This document shows positions 20,151 through 30,826 of a stretch of 64,000 nt of DNA, one piece after another. This DNA comes from Escherichia phage slur14: the sequence record NC_028448.1; one strand, 5' to 3'. Below the pieces are notes generated by a model. That model was not told the origin of the DNA. It made no database searches and was given only the letters and a program-made list of their open reading frames with translations. Every line of letters begins with the position of its first letter. The first letter of the stretch is position 1. The translations under genes were made by a program, and so were the position numbers.

Positions 20151-20396
20151 TTATTCACCAGTTACTTTCCACAAATCTTCATTTGCAGCAATCCATTCAG
20201 TACGTTGATTTTCTTCATATACTGTAGAATATGCTGCTTTTTCTGAAGGGAATGTCTGATAATGAGCACCAGAAATTTTGTGAACGTCAGAATAAAGAGG
20301 GAAAGCTACAGAAATTTCCTTTCCTTCAATTTTCTTATTTCCATCTAATTTCTGCTCAAATGTTTTGATATTAACATAACCGCGAGTACTAGCCAT
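20151..20396 (-). CDS. soc: Soc small outer capsid protein
   Basis: 81 aa MASTRGYVNIKTFEQKLDGNKK...; TATAAATA late promoter ~30 nt upstream. Confidence 0.93.
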   Translation of the reverse strand: MASTRGYVNIKTFEQKLDGNKKIEGKEISVAFPLYSDVHKISGAHYQTFPSEKAAYSTVYEENQRTEWIAANEDLWKVTGE

Positions 20397-20412
20397 GTAA
20401 TTCTCCTTTTAT

Positions 20413-20622
20413 TTAAATTACATGATTATTTATAATAAATTCTCGCGGAACGTTAAAATACCCAATTTTAGTTAATATAACAACATCGCCGTTAATAATT
20501 ACCGGAGAATAATCTTCTGGAGCATTAAATTTCCAATGGGCTCTAATATTATATCCATCAGAACCAAATGCTCGACTAGCCGGTCTCCCGGCTTTTTGCC
20601 ATGCATAAAAATCAAATTTCAT
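20413..20622 (-). CDS. hypothetical protein (69 aa)
   Basis: ORF track. Confidence 0.5.
   Translation of the reverse strand: MKFDFYAWQKAGRPASRAFGSDGYNIRAHWKFNAPEDYSPVIINGDVVILTKIGYFNVPREFIINNHVI
20427..20434 (-). promoter_or_regulatory. late promoter TATAAATA for soc
   Basis: TATAAATA on minus strand ~30 nt upstream of soc ATG, inside preceding ORF. Confidence 0.6.
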
Positions 20623-20816
20623 TTTGAATGCTCTATAATTAATTTTAAAGCTTCTTCACTGACAAAAATTTCGTCAGGACCTTCTATAATTTCAACCATA
20701 CGAAGTTGATTAGTTAAGAGCTCACACACGAGCTCTTTGTTATAATCTTTAAATAGCTGGTCAATACGTTTCTTATGGGCTTTCTTGAGCTGGCGTTTAT
20801 TTAAACTAGCCATCAA
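20619..20816 (-). CDS. hypothetical protein (65 aa)
   Basis: ORF track. Confidence 0.5.
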   Translation of the reverse strand: MMASLNKRQLKKAHKKRIDQLFKDYNKELVCELLTNQLRMVEIIEGPDEIFVSEEALKLIIEHSK

Positions 20817-21331
20817 TAACCTCGGTCTTGACGAGCGAAGTTTTCAGCATTTTTCAGATAATAAAGTTTAAAGATTTCTTCAGCCGACATTCCAAGAGCA
20901 ATAAATTTATTCATGAAAAAGTGAAATTGATCAATCAGTTCAAATTTAATTTCAAGCTGATCTTCGGGAGATAAATCTTGAATTTTCTTGGATTGCATTT
21001 CAGAATAACGTTTCTTCCAAGGTTTCCATACAGCAGAAGCTTCTTTTTCACCATTACTCATACCACCAAGAGAAGTATATAGCTCGCGAGTTTCATCTGC
21101 GATATAATCGTCTTGGTTTCGCAACCAAGCAAGAACTTCTCCTGCAGTTTCAAGTGAATCAGGATGACGATTTGTTTCTGGCTTATCATTAGCCAAACGA
21201 ATCTGTAAATGCCGCTGCATGTCAAGCATAACCTGCAATGGGTCAATACTGTGCATAATATACTCAGCATATGCACGATTTGCTTTATCAACACCTTCGA
21301 TCAAATGAGCACATTCATTAAAGTGAGCCAT
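20813..21331 (-). CDS. 56: dCTPase/dUTPase gp56
   Basis: Track ORF trimmed to MAHFNECAHLIEGV start; matches T4 gp56 from memory. Confidence 0.88.
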   Translation of the reverse strand: MAHFNECAHLIEGVDKANRAYAEYIMHSIDPLQVMLDMQRHLQIRLANDKPETNRHPDSLETAGEVLAWLRNQDDYIADETRELYTSLGGMSNGEKEASAVWKPWKKRYSEMQSKKIQDLSPEDQLEIKFELIDQFHFFMNKFIALGMSAEEIFKLYYLKNAENFARQDRGY

Positions 21332-21391
21332 TATTTTTCCTTTCAATTCATTAATAAGTTAAATAATTATATCATTTGAGTATGTAAGCAA

Positions 21392-22731
<1,340 letters not shown>

Positions 22732-22740
22732 TATATCATC

Positions 22741-22786
22741 CTCAGCAATTTATTTTATAATACCATAACAAGCTGAGAAAGTAAAC
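22741..22786 (-). promoter_or_regulatory. early promoter cassette
   Basis: GTTTAC ... TGGTATTATAAA with flanking inverted repeat CTCAGC/GCTGAG. Confidence 0.55.
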
Positions 22787-22830
22787 AAATTTATGAAATT
22801 TGTGATAAATATTAATTTAAAGGAGGACAT

Positions 22831-23031
22831 ATGGTACAAAAATTAATGGCACTTGTTAATGCCATAAAAGGTAATAAAAAACGTATAGCTTTTACTATTT
22901 CTGCTATGGTAGGAATTTTACTCTGGAACTTTATTTTATCACCAATTGCAATTGCGCATGGTGTTAATATTCCAGTAGTTACTCTTGATACATTCGTAGA
23001 TCTAGCATTTGCTTTAGTTGGGTTAATTTAA
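22831..23031 (+). CDS. small hydrophobic membrane protein (66 aa), plus strand
   Basis: AAAGGAGG SD 4 nt before ATG; two predicted TM segments; convergent with gene 61. Confidence 0.4.
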   Translation: MVQKLMALVNAIKGNKKRIAFTISAMVGILLWNFILSPIAIAHGVNIPVVTLDTFVDLAFALVGLI

Positions 23032-24056
23032 ATCTTGGCATATTTAGATAGCCGCATTTTAGCCATCAACCCCTGGGCAATATTATTTTTCATATATTCC
23101 ATAATTTGTTCAGGGGTTGCACCTTCCTTTCTAATCATATCATTAACATCTTTTGATTTCCAGGGAGATTTATCCCAAAACATAACCCTTTCTCCTGCAT
23201 CAACTAATTTAGTCATTCGTTTAATAGTGTCAGGGTGACGAGGTTCATTATCTAAAACCCACACTCGTCTATCTTTAAATGGAACAACTTCTAGGTCTAA
23301 TTGACCACCCGTAATAGCTATACCATTTTCAATAAAAAGTGAATCTATAGGTCCTTCTAGAACATATACATCACCATCTTTAACTCGTTCGACTCCATAG
23401 ATTTTTGTTGCTTCAGGATAAGCTTTGATGGTGATATATTTTTGAGGAGCATCTTTCTTTAATGCACGTCCTTGAAACGACTCAGCTTTTCCATTAGCAT
23501 TATAAATTGGAATAACAAGACGAGGCTCAGAAATTTCCTTTTTATATGTTCCCGGTGCTATGCTATTAACCAATTTAGGCCATTCGGTTGTAAACCAAAG
23601 ATATTTCCATTTATCCTTTGGAATACAACGAGCTTTTACATATTTTATAATTGGATGGTCTTCCGCCAGTTTATCTAATCTAACACATGACGGAAGAGAT
23701 TTAATTATTTTCTTCTCAGGTTGTTTAGGAAGTTCTTTAGGTTTTTCTACTGGACGACTTTTACCTTTTTCTTTTCTTATTTCAAAGATATACTCACGAT
23801 ATAAATCAGGTTCAAACTCCTTTAAATATATTCCGATTGGTGCATGATAGTTACAGTTATAACAATGAATATTTCCTTCATTATTATCACCATAATACCA
23901 TCCACGGGCTTTATTTTGGTCGGTTTTTGAATCTCCGCAAACAGGACATCTAAACCGTAATTTAAAAGTTGAACTATTATTTACTTGTGTGAATTTAGGT
24001 AAATGAGCTAATGCACGGTATGCAAACTCATTATCAATCCAAGGTATTGATGACAT
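23028..24056 (-). CDS. 61: DNA primase gp61
   Basis: 342 aa; zinc-binding CPVCGDS...CYNC; same length as T4 gp61. Confidence 0.95.
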   Translation of the reverse strand: MSSIPWIDNEFAYRALAHLPKFTQVNNSSTFKLRFRCPVCGDSKTDQNKARGWYYGDNNEGNIHCYNCNYHAPIGIYLKEFEPDLYREYIFEIRKEKGKSRPVEKPKELPKQPEKKIIKSLPSCVRLDKLAEDHPIIKYVKARCIPKDKWKYLWFTTEWPKLVNSIAPGTYKKEISEPRLVIPIYNANGKAESFQGRALKKDAPQKYITIKAYPEATKIYGVERVKDGDVYVLEGPIDSLFIENGIAITGGQLDLEVVPFKDRRVWVLDNEPRHPDTIKRMTKLVDAGERVMFWDKSPWKSKDVNDMIRKEGATPEQIMEYMKNNIAQGLMAKMRLSKYAKI

Positions 24057-24058
24057 TT

Positions 24059-24223
24059 TTACTCTTCTTTTTCTTTAGATTCCTCTTTTTTCTTTTTAGG
24101 AATCTGTTCAGGACCTTTATTTACTACAGCACCTGATGTTGTTCCAGTAGAGATATTTTCAGGATTACCACCTGAATCTCCAGCAACCATATCTTCTTTA
24201 ATAAATTCTTTATATGTTTTCAT
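24059..24223 (-). CDS. small acidic/lysine-rich protein (54 aa)
   Basis: Manual translation MKTYKEFIKEDMVAGDSGGNPENISTG...; below track cutoff. Confidence 0.4.
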   Translation of the reverse strand: MKTYKEFIKEDMVAGDSGGNPENISTGTTSGAVVNKGPEQIPKKKKEESKEKEE

Positions 24224-24269
24224 ATTAACCTCTATTCATAAAAGCATTAAAAATTTGGTCATCAATAGA
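24221..24269 (-). repeat. 49-nt direct repeat, copy A (gene junction)
   Basis: catattaaCctctattcataaaagcattaaaaatttggtcatcaataga; 1 mismatch to copy B. Confidence 0.8.
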
Positions 24270-24581
24270 TGGAATAGCAACCTTTTCGGCATCATTTAGC
24301 AAATCATTAATTTCATCAGATATCATAACACATGTGCCTTTATTTCCTGTAATTGTTACTGCACAATTACGAACGTTTTCTTTATCAAATTTTAGGTTAA
24401 TATTTTCGTAGTGAAAATCCTTTAATGCCGAATATATCTTTAAAATGAAATTGTCTTTTACTACAATAAACCCAACTTCACTATTAAAACGTGGTTCATG
24501 GAAACTGTAATAAACCTTTTCATCTATGAAATCGTATGAAATTTTTTCCATTTTTAAATATGAAAATTCAGAACTATACAT
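24225..24581 (-). CDS. hypothetical protein (118 aa); C-terminal 14 aa duplicated from next ORF
   Basis: Ends SIDDQIFNAFMNRG, encoded by a 49-nt direct repeat. Confidence 0.5.
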   Translation of the reverse strand: MYSSEFSYLKMEKISYDFIDEKVYYSFHEPRFNSEVGFIVVKDNFILKIYSALKDFHYENINLKFDKENVRNCAVTITGNKGTCVMISDEINDLLNDAEKVAIPSIDDQIFNAFMNRG

Positions 24582-24627
24582 ATTAATCTCTATTCATAAA
24601 AGCATTAAAAATTTGGTCATCAATAGA
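24579..24627 (-). repeat. 49-nt direct repeat, copy B (gene junction)
   Basis: catattaaTctctattcataaaagcattaaaaatttggtcatcaataga. Confidence 0.8.
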
Positions 24628-25209
24628 AACATTTACTTTAGACTGTTTTTCAGATGGCAATTCATATCCACATATTACAATTTTATGATCAATATCAAAA
24701 TACACAGAAGCAATATGATTAATGATATTTTCAGTGAAGTCTAAATCGACATCAATATCTTTTTGACCAAAGCCCAAAGGATAAATAATGCGAGTAATTC
24801 GATTATCTTTAACAAAGATTCCACCGACATACTCTGTACTGCGTTTAAAGTCTACACGCCGACGAAATGAAAAATATTCAGGCTCTTTATGAGCTCGGCT
24901 CATAGGACACAACGAGTAACTAGAATAAGAGATGTCAAATCCTACGCCTTCGATATGAGCCAAAGTGTCATGATTAAACCAATTATAATCGTACGCCAAA
25001 TCCATTAGATTATAATATGTAAAAGGCACCGGATTAACATCATTAGTCACAAGCATGTAATTAGCAACTGCTATAATTTCATTATTTTTAACGAATACAA
25101 ACCGTGATTGATGCGAATGACCTGGACCCGCGTTTTCACGATTAATGATATAACACTGGGCACCTTTATATTTGTATGTATCTTTGCACTTGTGCATTTG
25201 ATAGAGCAT
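24583..25209 (-). CDS. hypothetical protein (208 aa)
   Basis: ORF track; ends SIDDQIFNAFMNRD. Confidence 0.55.
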   Translation of the reverse strand: MLYQMHKCKDTYKYKGAQCYIINRENAGPGHSHQSRFVFVKNNEIIAVANYMLVTNDVNPVPFTYYNLMDLAYDYNWFNHDTLAHIEGVGFDISYSSYSLCPMSRAHKEPEYFSFRRRVDFKRSTEYVGGIFVKDNRITRIIYPLGFGQKDIDVDLDFTENIINHIASVYFDIDHKIVICGYELPSEKQSKVNVSIDDQIFNAFMNRD

Positions 25210-25502
25210 TATTCACCTACCACTTCAGCGATGATATTTTTATTATTAAAGTTTTTATCGCAATACAGAACATAATTATACTGCATTACACCACCAGACT
25301 TAAGCTGTTTTTGCACTTCAGCTTTCATTTCAGGACGATCGCGCTCAACGATATTCATAATATCTGCTTCAATTTGGGTTTCAACTTCAGTCTGATCAGC
25401 AGTCATAGACCATTCGCACAAATCTTTATCATAACCTGCCATAGCAGGCTGAGCAGCACAAGAAGCTAAAGCAAAAATTGTAGCAAAGATAAATTTTTTC
25501 AT
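25209..25502 (-). CDS. sp: Spackle periplasmic superinfection-exclusion protein
   Basis: 97 aa; signal peptide MKKFIFATIFALASCAAQPAMA; matches T4 Sp from memory. Confidence 0.9.
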   Translation of the reverse strand: MKKFIFATIFALASCAAQPAMAGYDKDLCEWSMTADQTEVETQIEADIMNIVERDRPEMKAEVQKQLKSGGVMQYNYVLYCDKNFNNKNIIAEVVGE

Positions 25503-25510
25503 GATAATCT

Positions 25511-25558
25511 CCTCAGTAGTTTATGTTTATAGTATCTCAATTTCCAACAAAAGTAAAC
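25511..25558 (-). promoter_or_regulatory. early promoter upstream of sp
   Basis: GTTTAC ... GATACTATAAAC on minus strand. Confidence 0.5.
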
Positions 25559-25560
25559 AG

Positions 25561-25818
25561 CTATTTTAAAACTTTTGCATAATCACATGTTACAAACTGT
25601 TTCTCTAGCTTGACGATTTTACGAAAGTATCTTTTGCATTGGCGAATCTGCCGCTTCGTAGGGCGAACAGCAAACTTAATAAATTCCACTCGACCAAATG
25701 GAGGACTTTCTTCTGCTGGAATATCTAATACCAATTCCCACGTATCTGCAATAAGTGCTTTGAATTGTGTATTTTTCCTGACGTTATACGGAGTAGGTTT
25801 AAATAAAACAATATGCAT
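25561..25818 (-). CDS. hypothetical protein (85 aa)
   Basis: Track ORF trimmed to ATG with GAGGATAAT SD abutting dmd stop. Confidence 0.5.
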   Translation of the reverse strand: MHIVLFKPTPYNVRKNTQFKALIADTWELVLDIPAEESPPFGRVEFIKFAVRPTKRQIRQCKRYFRKIVKLEKQFVTCDYAKVLK

Positions 25819-25819
25819 A

Positions 25820-26002
25820 TTATCCTCGGCAATCCACTTCACATACTTTCTTGTCATCAATGAAAGCTTTAACTAATGCTTTATTAACTTCAGCATACTG
25901 AGTAGTAGCCCATTGAACGTCATCTTTCATCATTGTGATTTCTTTAGTAAACATGCTTTCATTCTTAAACCACCCCATAAAAACTACCTTTACCAATTCC
26001 AT
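25820..26002 (-). CDS. dmd: Dmd antitoxin (inhibitor of host RnlA/LsoA)
   Basis: 60 aa MELVKVVFMGWFKNESMFTKEITMMKDD...; matches T4 Dmd from memory. Confidence 0.9.
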   Translation of the reverse strand: MELVKVVFMGWFKNESMFTKEITMMKDDVQWATTQYAEVNKALVKAFIDDKKVCEVDCRG

Positions 26003-26023
26003 AACAATCTCCTCATTTAACCA

Positions 26024-26061
26024 ACAAGACTACTATACCATAGTCTTGTCAGCTTGTAAAC
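26024..26061 (-). promoter_or_regulatory. early promoter cassette upstream of dmd
   Basis: GTTTAC, stem CAAGACTA/TAGTCTTG around TGGTATAGT. Confidence 0.6.
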
Positions 26062-27488
26062 TAAAATTTTAATTCATTCGCCAAAGCATCTAACTGAGCT
26101 CGAGTCGATTCGTTTCTTTGATAGCGATTCTGTTCAGCCTGAATCTGTTGTGAACCTGCTACTTCGTTCACTTCAGTTGGAGTAGAATCTTGTTCAATTT
26201 CTACCCATTTCTGATTTCCTTTTTGAACACCCATCAAAAACTTATTCCATTTATTCTTATCACCATATCGTGATTTGATTTGCTTAATGAGTTGTTGTTC
26301 AGCAGCTGCTAACTCCTCGGTTTCAATGACCGCAAGCATAAAATCAGCTGTCGCTGGAAGACCAGCAGATTCTGCGATATCACTCATGTTAACATCGGAA
26401 GAGTCCCAAGCTTGTTTACCAACCTGTGCTGCAGTCCAAAGAACAGTTTCAGTTTCAACAGCCAGAGCACGCAATTCTTCTGCGATGGCTTTAACAGTTG
26501 TGTAACTATTTTCTGAATAAACTCTGATGCGGCAAGATTTACAAATACCTAGATAGTCGACAATAATGATTGTTGGAACAAAATTTTTCTTGAGCTTCAA
26601 TTCATTCAAGAGAGACCTGAATGTGTTAGCATCTGCCCCACCAGTAGGATACTGTTTAACGATTAAACGACCGAGAGTAGATTTCTCACGCCATTTTTCC
26701 ATTTTTCCTTTATACTCAGCGTAAGAAATATGCCCATCATCAATGTCATCAAGAGAAACATCAAGCATATTAGCATCAATACGCTTAGCACAGACTTCTT
26801 CTGCCATTTCCATGGAGATGTAAAGAACATTATGTCCGAGCTGCAAATAATCTGCTGCCAATGAACACAATCCTAATGACTTACCAACGTTAACGCCAGC
26901 CATTAAAACGTTCAGTGTTCCAGTCTCAGCTCCGCCTTTAGTAATTTTGTTCAGAATTCTGAGTTTAAATGGAACCTTACGAGCTTTATTCATATAAGAT
27001 AGCCAACGTGCTTCGTAGTCATCCATCCAATCATGACCAACGTAACTATCAAATGAAATTGATAATGCTTGGCGCATGATGTCAGGAATAGCACCAACAT
27101 CCGGCATTTTCTTATTTCGTTTTTCCGGAGGAAGTTCAGCATTAGTTTGAATTTCGATTATTTTAGACGTAGCATTAAACATCGCCCTTTGCTGAACATA
27201 TTTTTCTGTTTCTTTTATTAACCAACTGTGGTCTTCCGGAGAATCAGCCAGTTTTGAAATAAGTGTTTTTACACCAGAATATTCTGTTTCAGTAAATGAA
27301 CTATTTTCTAATGCAACATTTAACGCATTAATAGATGGAACGCTATGATACTCATTGACATGAGATTTAATTAATTTGAATGTATTTTTAGCTGGACCAC
27401 TTTCAAAATATTCTGAATCCATATATGGCCAAACTTTTGAAAAATAAGCTTGATCAAATATGAGATGAGAAAGAATAATTTCTACCAC
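26061..27488 (-). CDS. 41: replicative DNA helicase gp41
   Basis: 475 aa; DnaB-like Walker A GVNVGKS. Confidence 0.95.
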   Translation of the reverse strand: MVEIILSHLIFDQAYFSKVWPYMDSEYFESGPAKNTFKLIKSHVNEYHSVPSINALNVALENSSFTETEYSGVKTLISKLADSPEDHSWLIKETEKYVQQRAMFNATSKIIEIQTNAELPPEKRNKKMPDVGAIPDIMRQALSISFDSYVGHDWMDDYEARWLSYMNKARKVPFKLRILNKITKGGAETGTLNVLMAGVNVGKSLGLCSLAADYLQLGHNVLYISMEMAEEVCAKRIDANMLDVSLDDIDDGHISYAEYKGKMEKWREKSTLGRLIVKQYPTGGADANTFRSLLNELKLKKNFVPTIIIVDYLGICKSCRIRVYSENSYTTVKAIAEELRALAVETETVLWTAAQVGKQAWDSSDVNMSDIAESAGLPATADFMLAVIETEELAAAEQQLIKQIKSRYGDKNKWNKFLMGVQKGNQKWVEIEQDSTPTEVNEVAGSQQIQAEQNRYQRNESTRAQLDALANELKF

Positions 27489-27497
27489 ACTTACTCC

Positions 27498-27860
27498 TTA
27501 AAAGAATTTAAATTTTTTCTTTGACCTTTTATTAAATGCATCTTGCAGTTGCATTGTAATACATTTTTCTACATGAGGAGCTAACTCAGCTTTTCTTTCT
27601 TGGTCAAGAACAGCAAAGTCCATTACAACCTTTCCATCAACCCAATCTAATTTTGTCACATACACAATGTGTGTAGAACCATCTTCTAGTTTAATGACAA
27701 TCTCCTGGATAACATTTTCCATGGCAGATTTAATTATCTTAAGAGATTCATTAAAAAGACGTTCTTTTCTTTCTTCTTCCCCCTCCGAAGAGGGGGATTC
27801 GTCGATAATTTCTAGATCTAAGTCTAAATCATCTTTATTCATTAAATTCTTCCATATCAC
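27498..27860 (-). CDS. 40: gp40 (head assembly-associated)
   Basis: 120 aa; position between 41 and uvsX. Confidence 0.75.
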   Translation of the reverse strand: MIWKNLMNKDDLDLDLEIIDESPSSEGEEERKERLFNESLKIIKSAMENVIQEIVIKLEDGSTHIVYVTKLDWVDGKVVMDFAVLDQERKAELAPHVEKCITMQLQDAFNKRSKKKFKFF

Positions 27861-29016
27861 TTAACTGCTCGAGGTCAGTTTCTAAATCAGCTGCTGATTT
27901 ACTTTTACTTTCTGGAGATTTAAATTTTTCAACCTTTGAGTTAATCAATTCATCAACTTCAGCTTCAACAATTTCATTACTATCAATAGCACCTAACTGA
28001 TAAGCACGTTTAATAGCATCTCGGAATGGTTGATGCTTAAATAAAGGACCCCAGAATGTAGTGCAGTTGGTATCTTTTGCACGCCAAGATTTTTCTTCGC
28101 GAATCATCTCGCCGGTTTCTTCATCAAGAAATTCACGAGCATACCAGCCATTTTTAGGTTTTACCACGAATCCTAATTCTAGAGCCATATCTAACAATCC
28201 AGAATAAGGATCGATACCACCGTCAAATTTAACATCAATAAAGAATTTACTTTTTTCTTTAACGGTACGAGATTTTTCTACATTTAGAACAAATTGATAC
28301 CCCTGAAGATCAGAACCATCTTTAATCTGACGCTTACCGATAATGAATACAGTATCAGCCGAATACATTACGCCTGTACCACCTGTCATCACGGTTTTAC
28401 TAAACATTTCAATTGTTTCAATTGTATGGTTAACCGCAACGCACGGAATATTTTTAATGCTAAAATAAGGAGTAACAATACGGAATAATGACTTCAGTGA
28501 TTTAGCACGAGTCATATCTGCCACAGATTTTTCATTCAAGGCATCTTCCGTTTCTTTCTTAGAAGCCATATTACCGATTGAGTCGATGAATACAATAACC
28601 TTTTCACCACGCTCAATAGCTTCAAGCTGGTTCACCATATCAATTTTCAGTTGTTCAACTGACTGAATCGGCGTATGAATTACTCGTTCCGGGTCAACTC
28701 CCATGGATCGCAAATAAGCTGGAGTAATACCAAATTCGCTATCATAGAATAGACAAACCGCGTCAGGATATTTGTTCAAATACGCCGCAACCATAGTCAA
28801 AGACATATTTGATTTAAAGTGTTTAGAAGGCCCTGCGAAAATAGTTAAACCAGACTGCATACCACCATCAATCGCACCAGAAATAGCAATATTAAGCATT
28901 GGAATTTTTGTACGAATTACATCCTTTTCATTAAAGAATTTAGATGTAGTCAGTTCAGCAGTCATTTTAGAAGTGGAAGCTTTAATCAAACGGGATTTTA
29001 AATCTGCAATAGACAT
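27835..29016 (-). CDS. uvsX: UvsX recombinase (RecA-like)
   Basis: 393 aa; Walker A GPSKHFKS; near-identical to T4 UvsX from memory. Confidence 0.95.
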   Translation of the reverse strand: MSIADLKSRLIKASTSKMTAELTTSKFFNEKDVIRTKIPMLNIAISGAIDGGMQSGLTIFAGPSKHFKSNMSLTMVAAYLNKYPDAVCLFYDSEFGITPAYLRSMGVDPERVIHTPIQSVEQLKIDMVNQLEAIERGEKVIVFIDSIGNMASKKETEDALNEKSVADMTRAKSLKSLFRIVTPYFSIKNIPCVAVNHTIETIEMFSKTVMTGGTGVMYSADTVFIIGKRQIKDGSDLQGYQFVLNVEKSRTVKEKSKFFIDVKFDGGIDPYSGLLDMALELGFVVKPKNGWYAREFLDEETGEMIREEKSWRAKDTNCTTFWGPLFKHQPFRDAIKRAYQLGAIDSNEIVEAEVDELINSKVEKFKSPESKSKSAADLETDLEQLSDMEEFNE

Positions 29017-29093
29017 TCATTTTTTCCATAGGCATCATTATATTTTCCTCACTGGTTAAAGATAGAGTAATTATAACACAATAAATTTAGGCA

Positions 29094-29936
29094 TTAATCA
29101 ACTGCTATTGGATGAATAGCATTAAACTTATGAAATGCTTCTGATTTTTCTTTACGAGAAACACACATGCGAAGAACCTTTAATGGCTCGTCTTCTTCAC
29201 CCAACGATTTTCGTTTTTCAATATTAGAAGTTTTCCAACGAGCTTGCTCTGGAAACTCTCTATTGATTTGTTCAAGCGCTCTATTATGTTTAGAATTACT
29301 ACGAATTGAACTGCACCCGCCGGGAGCGTGTGATTTTCCAGATACAACTAGATATTTGAACAAGGCCAAATGCGGATAACCTTGATTAATTAAATTGAGA
29401 AATGCGTACATATCTTCACATAAATCAATTTTTCCATACCCAATTTGTTCTGTCGTAAGTTTTCCGAGGTCATACCATGTATTCGTGAATCCATATGAGT
29501 TTTCACGATAATTACCCCAAGATGAAGTAATTTTAAAAATTGGTAGACGAGCATGACCGTGATAATACCCGCAATCCATAGCATCCTCAACGTATTGAAT
29601 TAATTCATAGAACTGTTCACGAGTTAATTGATTAATTTTATCTACGCGCCGTTTATCGTCTCTCTTTCGTATTGAACTCATACGAATAGTAGTATCATCA
29701 TCAATCATCCAGATTCGTTGACCTGCATACATATCAGTAATTGCTTTACGAGTACCGGCAATTCCATTAACATCATCAGGAATAGTTACAATTTTAGCTC
29801 TAGACCCATAAGCATCATAATAAGCTTTTTCTTCGTGTTCACGCACTACAATATGTGGTTCATAATCAGTCGGAAACATATCAAGGGCAGAAACTGCCCC
29901 TACGCGTTGATAGCTTGGAATTACGAATTGAATCAT
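29094..29936 (-). CDS. GT-A-fold glycosyltransferase; putative beta-glucosyl-HMC-alpha-glucosyltransferase (T2/T6 type)
   Basis: DxD-like WMIDDDTT motif; occupies the T4 beta-gt locus between uvsX and 42; track ORF starts at GTG, trimmed to ATG. Confidence 0.55.
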   Translation of the reverse strand: MIQFVIPSYQRVGAVSALDMFPTDYEPHIVVREHEEKAYYDAYGSRAKIVTIPDDVNGIAGTRKAITDMYAGQRIWMIDDDTTIRMSSIRKRDDKRRVDKINQLTREQFYELIQYVEDAMDCGYYHGHARLPIFKITSSWGNYRENSYGFTNTWYDLGKLTTEQIGYGKIDLCEDMYAFLNLINQGYPHLALFKYLVVSGKSHAPGGCSSIRSNSKHNRALEQINREFPEQARWKTSNIEKRKSLGEEDEPLKVLRMCVSRKEKSEAFHKFNAIHPIAVD

Positions 29937-30673
29937 TTCCACTCACCGTTATAATCTTTTTTCACAATATGAGTTTCGCCAGTATTCCACCAATGATCAA
30001 CCAAGTAAAAATGACGAGAATATACATGAAGACTTCCAACATTCCATATAATAGAACCTGCTTTATACTGACGAGTTGAATCGCCTGCATTCAAATCAGA
30101 TACTAATTTATCTAATACGTATTTTTGCCATGCATAATCATTACGGAATCCGAAGACCACGTCATTTGAGCGCATGCTTACTACTGCATTGACTTTCTTA
30201 TCACGAATCAGGTACTGTACTGTATTCGTACACATGAAATCTGACATACCATCTTTATTGTAGTCAAATTGCATGGATGGACGAGTATAAATCATGATAC
30301 CACGTCGAGAATCAGGATTTTGACCAAGTTCAGCTAAACACATATCATACTGAGCATAGTTATCTTCTGACCAGATAGCCCAACCATAATTCGAGTTAAT
30401 TTCGCCTTTAGAAGATGCTACCTGCTGCCAAATCTTCGGTGTTTCACCTGGAATATCTTTAACGAACAAGCTCTTAGATTTATACCATTCAAGTTCACGC
30501 TGAATGTATTCATCATTAAGAGCGCCAAAAATAAAAGGTTCATCTGCTACAAATGATGCACCAATAATTTCAATAGTTTTAACCCCGGTTTTATCAATTA
30601 CGAAATCTTTTTCCTTTAATGCAAGACCCAAATCAAGACGGATTTCTTCAACTGTCATATAATCGTTAATCAT
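29933..30673 (-). CDS. 42: dCMP hydroxymethylase gp42
   Basis: 246 aa; near-identical to T4 gp42 from memory. Confidence 0.95.
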   Translation of the reverse strand: MINDYMTVEEIRLDLGLALKEKDFVIDKTGVKTIEIIGASFVADEPFIFGALNDEYIQRELEWYKSKSLFVKDIPGETPKIWQQVASSKGEINSNYGWAIWSEDNYAQYDMCLAELGQNPDSRRGIMIYTRPSMQFDYNKDGMSDFMCTNTVQYLIRDKKVNAVVSMRSNDVVFGFRNDYAWQKYVLDKLVSDLNAGDSTRQYKAGSIIWNVGSLHVYSRHFYLVDHWWNTGETHIVKKDYNGEWK

Positions 30674-30826
30674 TTAAACCTCAATTGATGCATTCATATT
30701 TAATTTGTAACAGTAATAAACTCCAACCTAAAATAATAGTTGGAATCATAAGAGGAACCGTTACACTATAGTATATACTTATTATAACCATCAAGATTAA
30801 AAGCAACACTGCTATAATTTTGCTTT

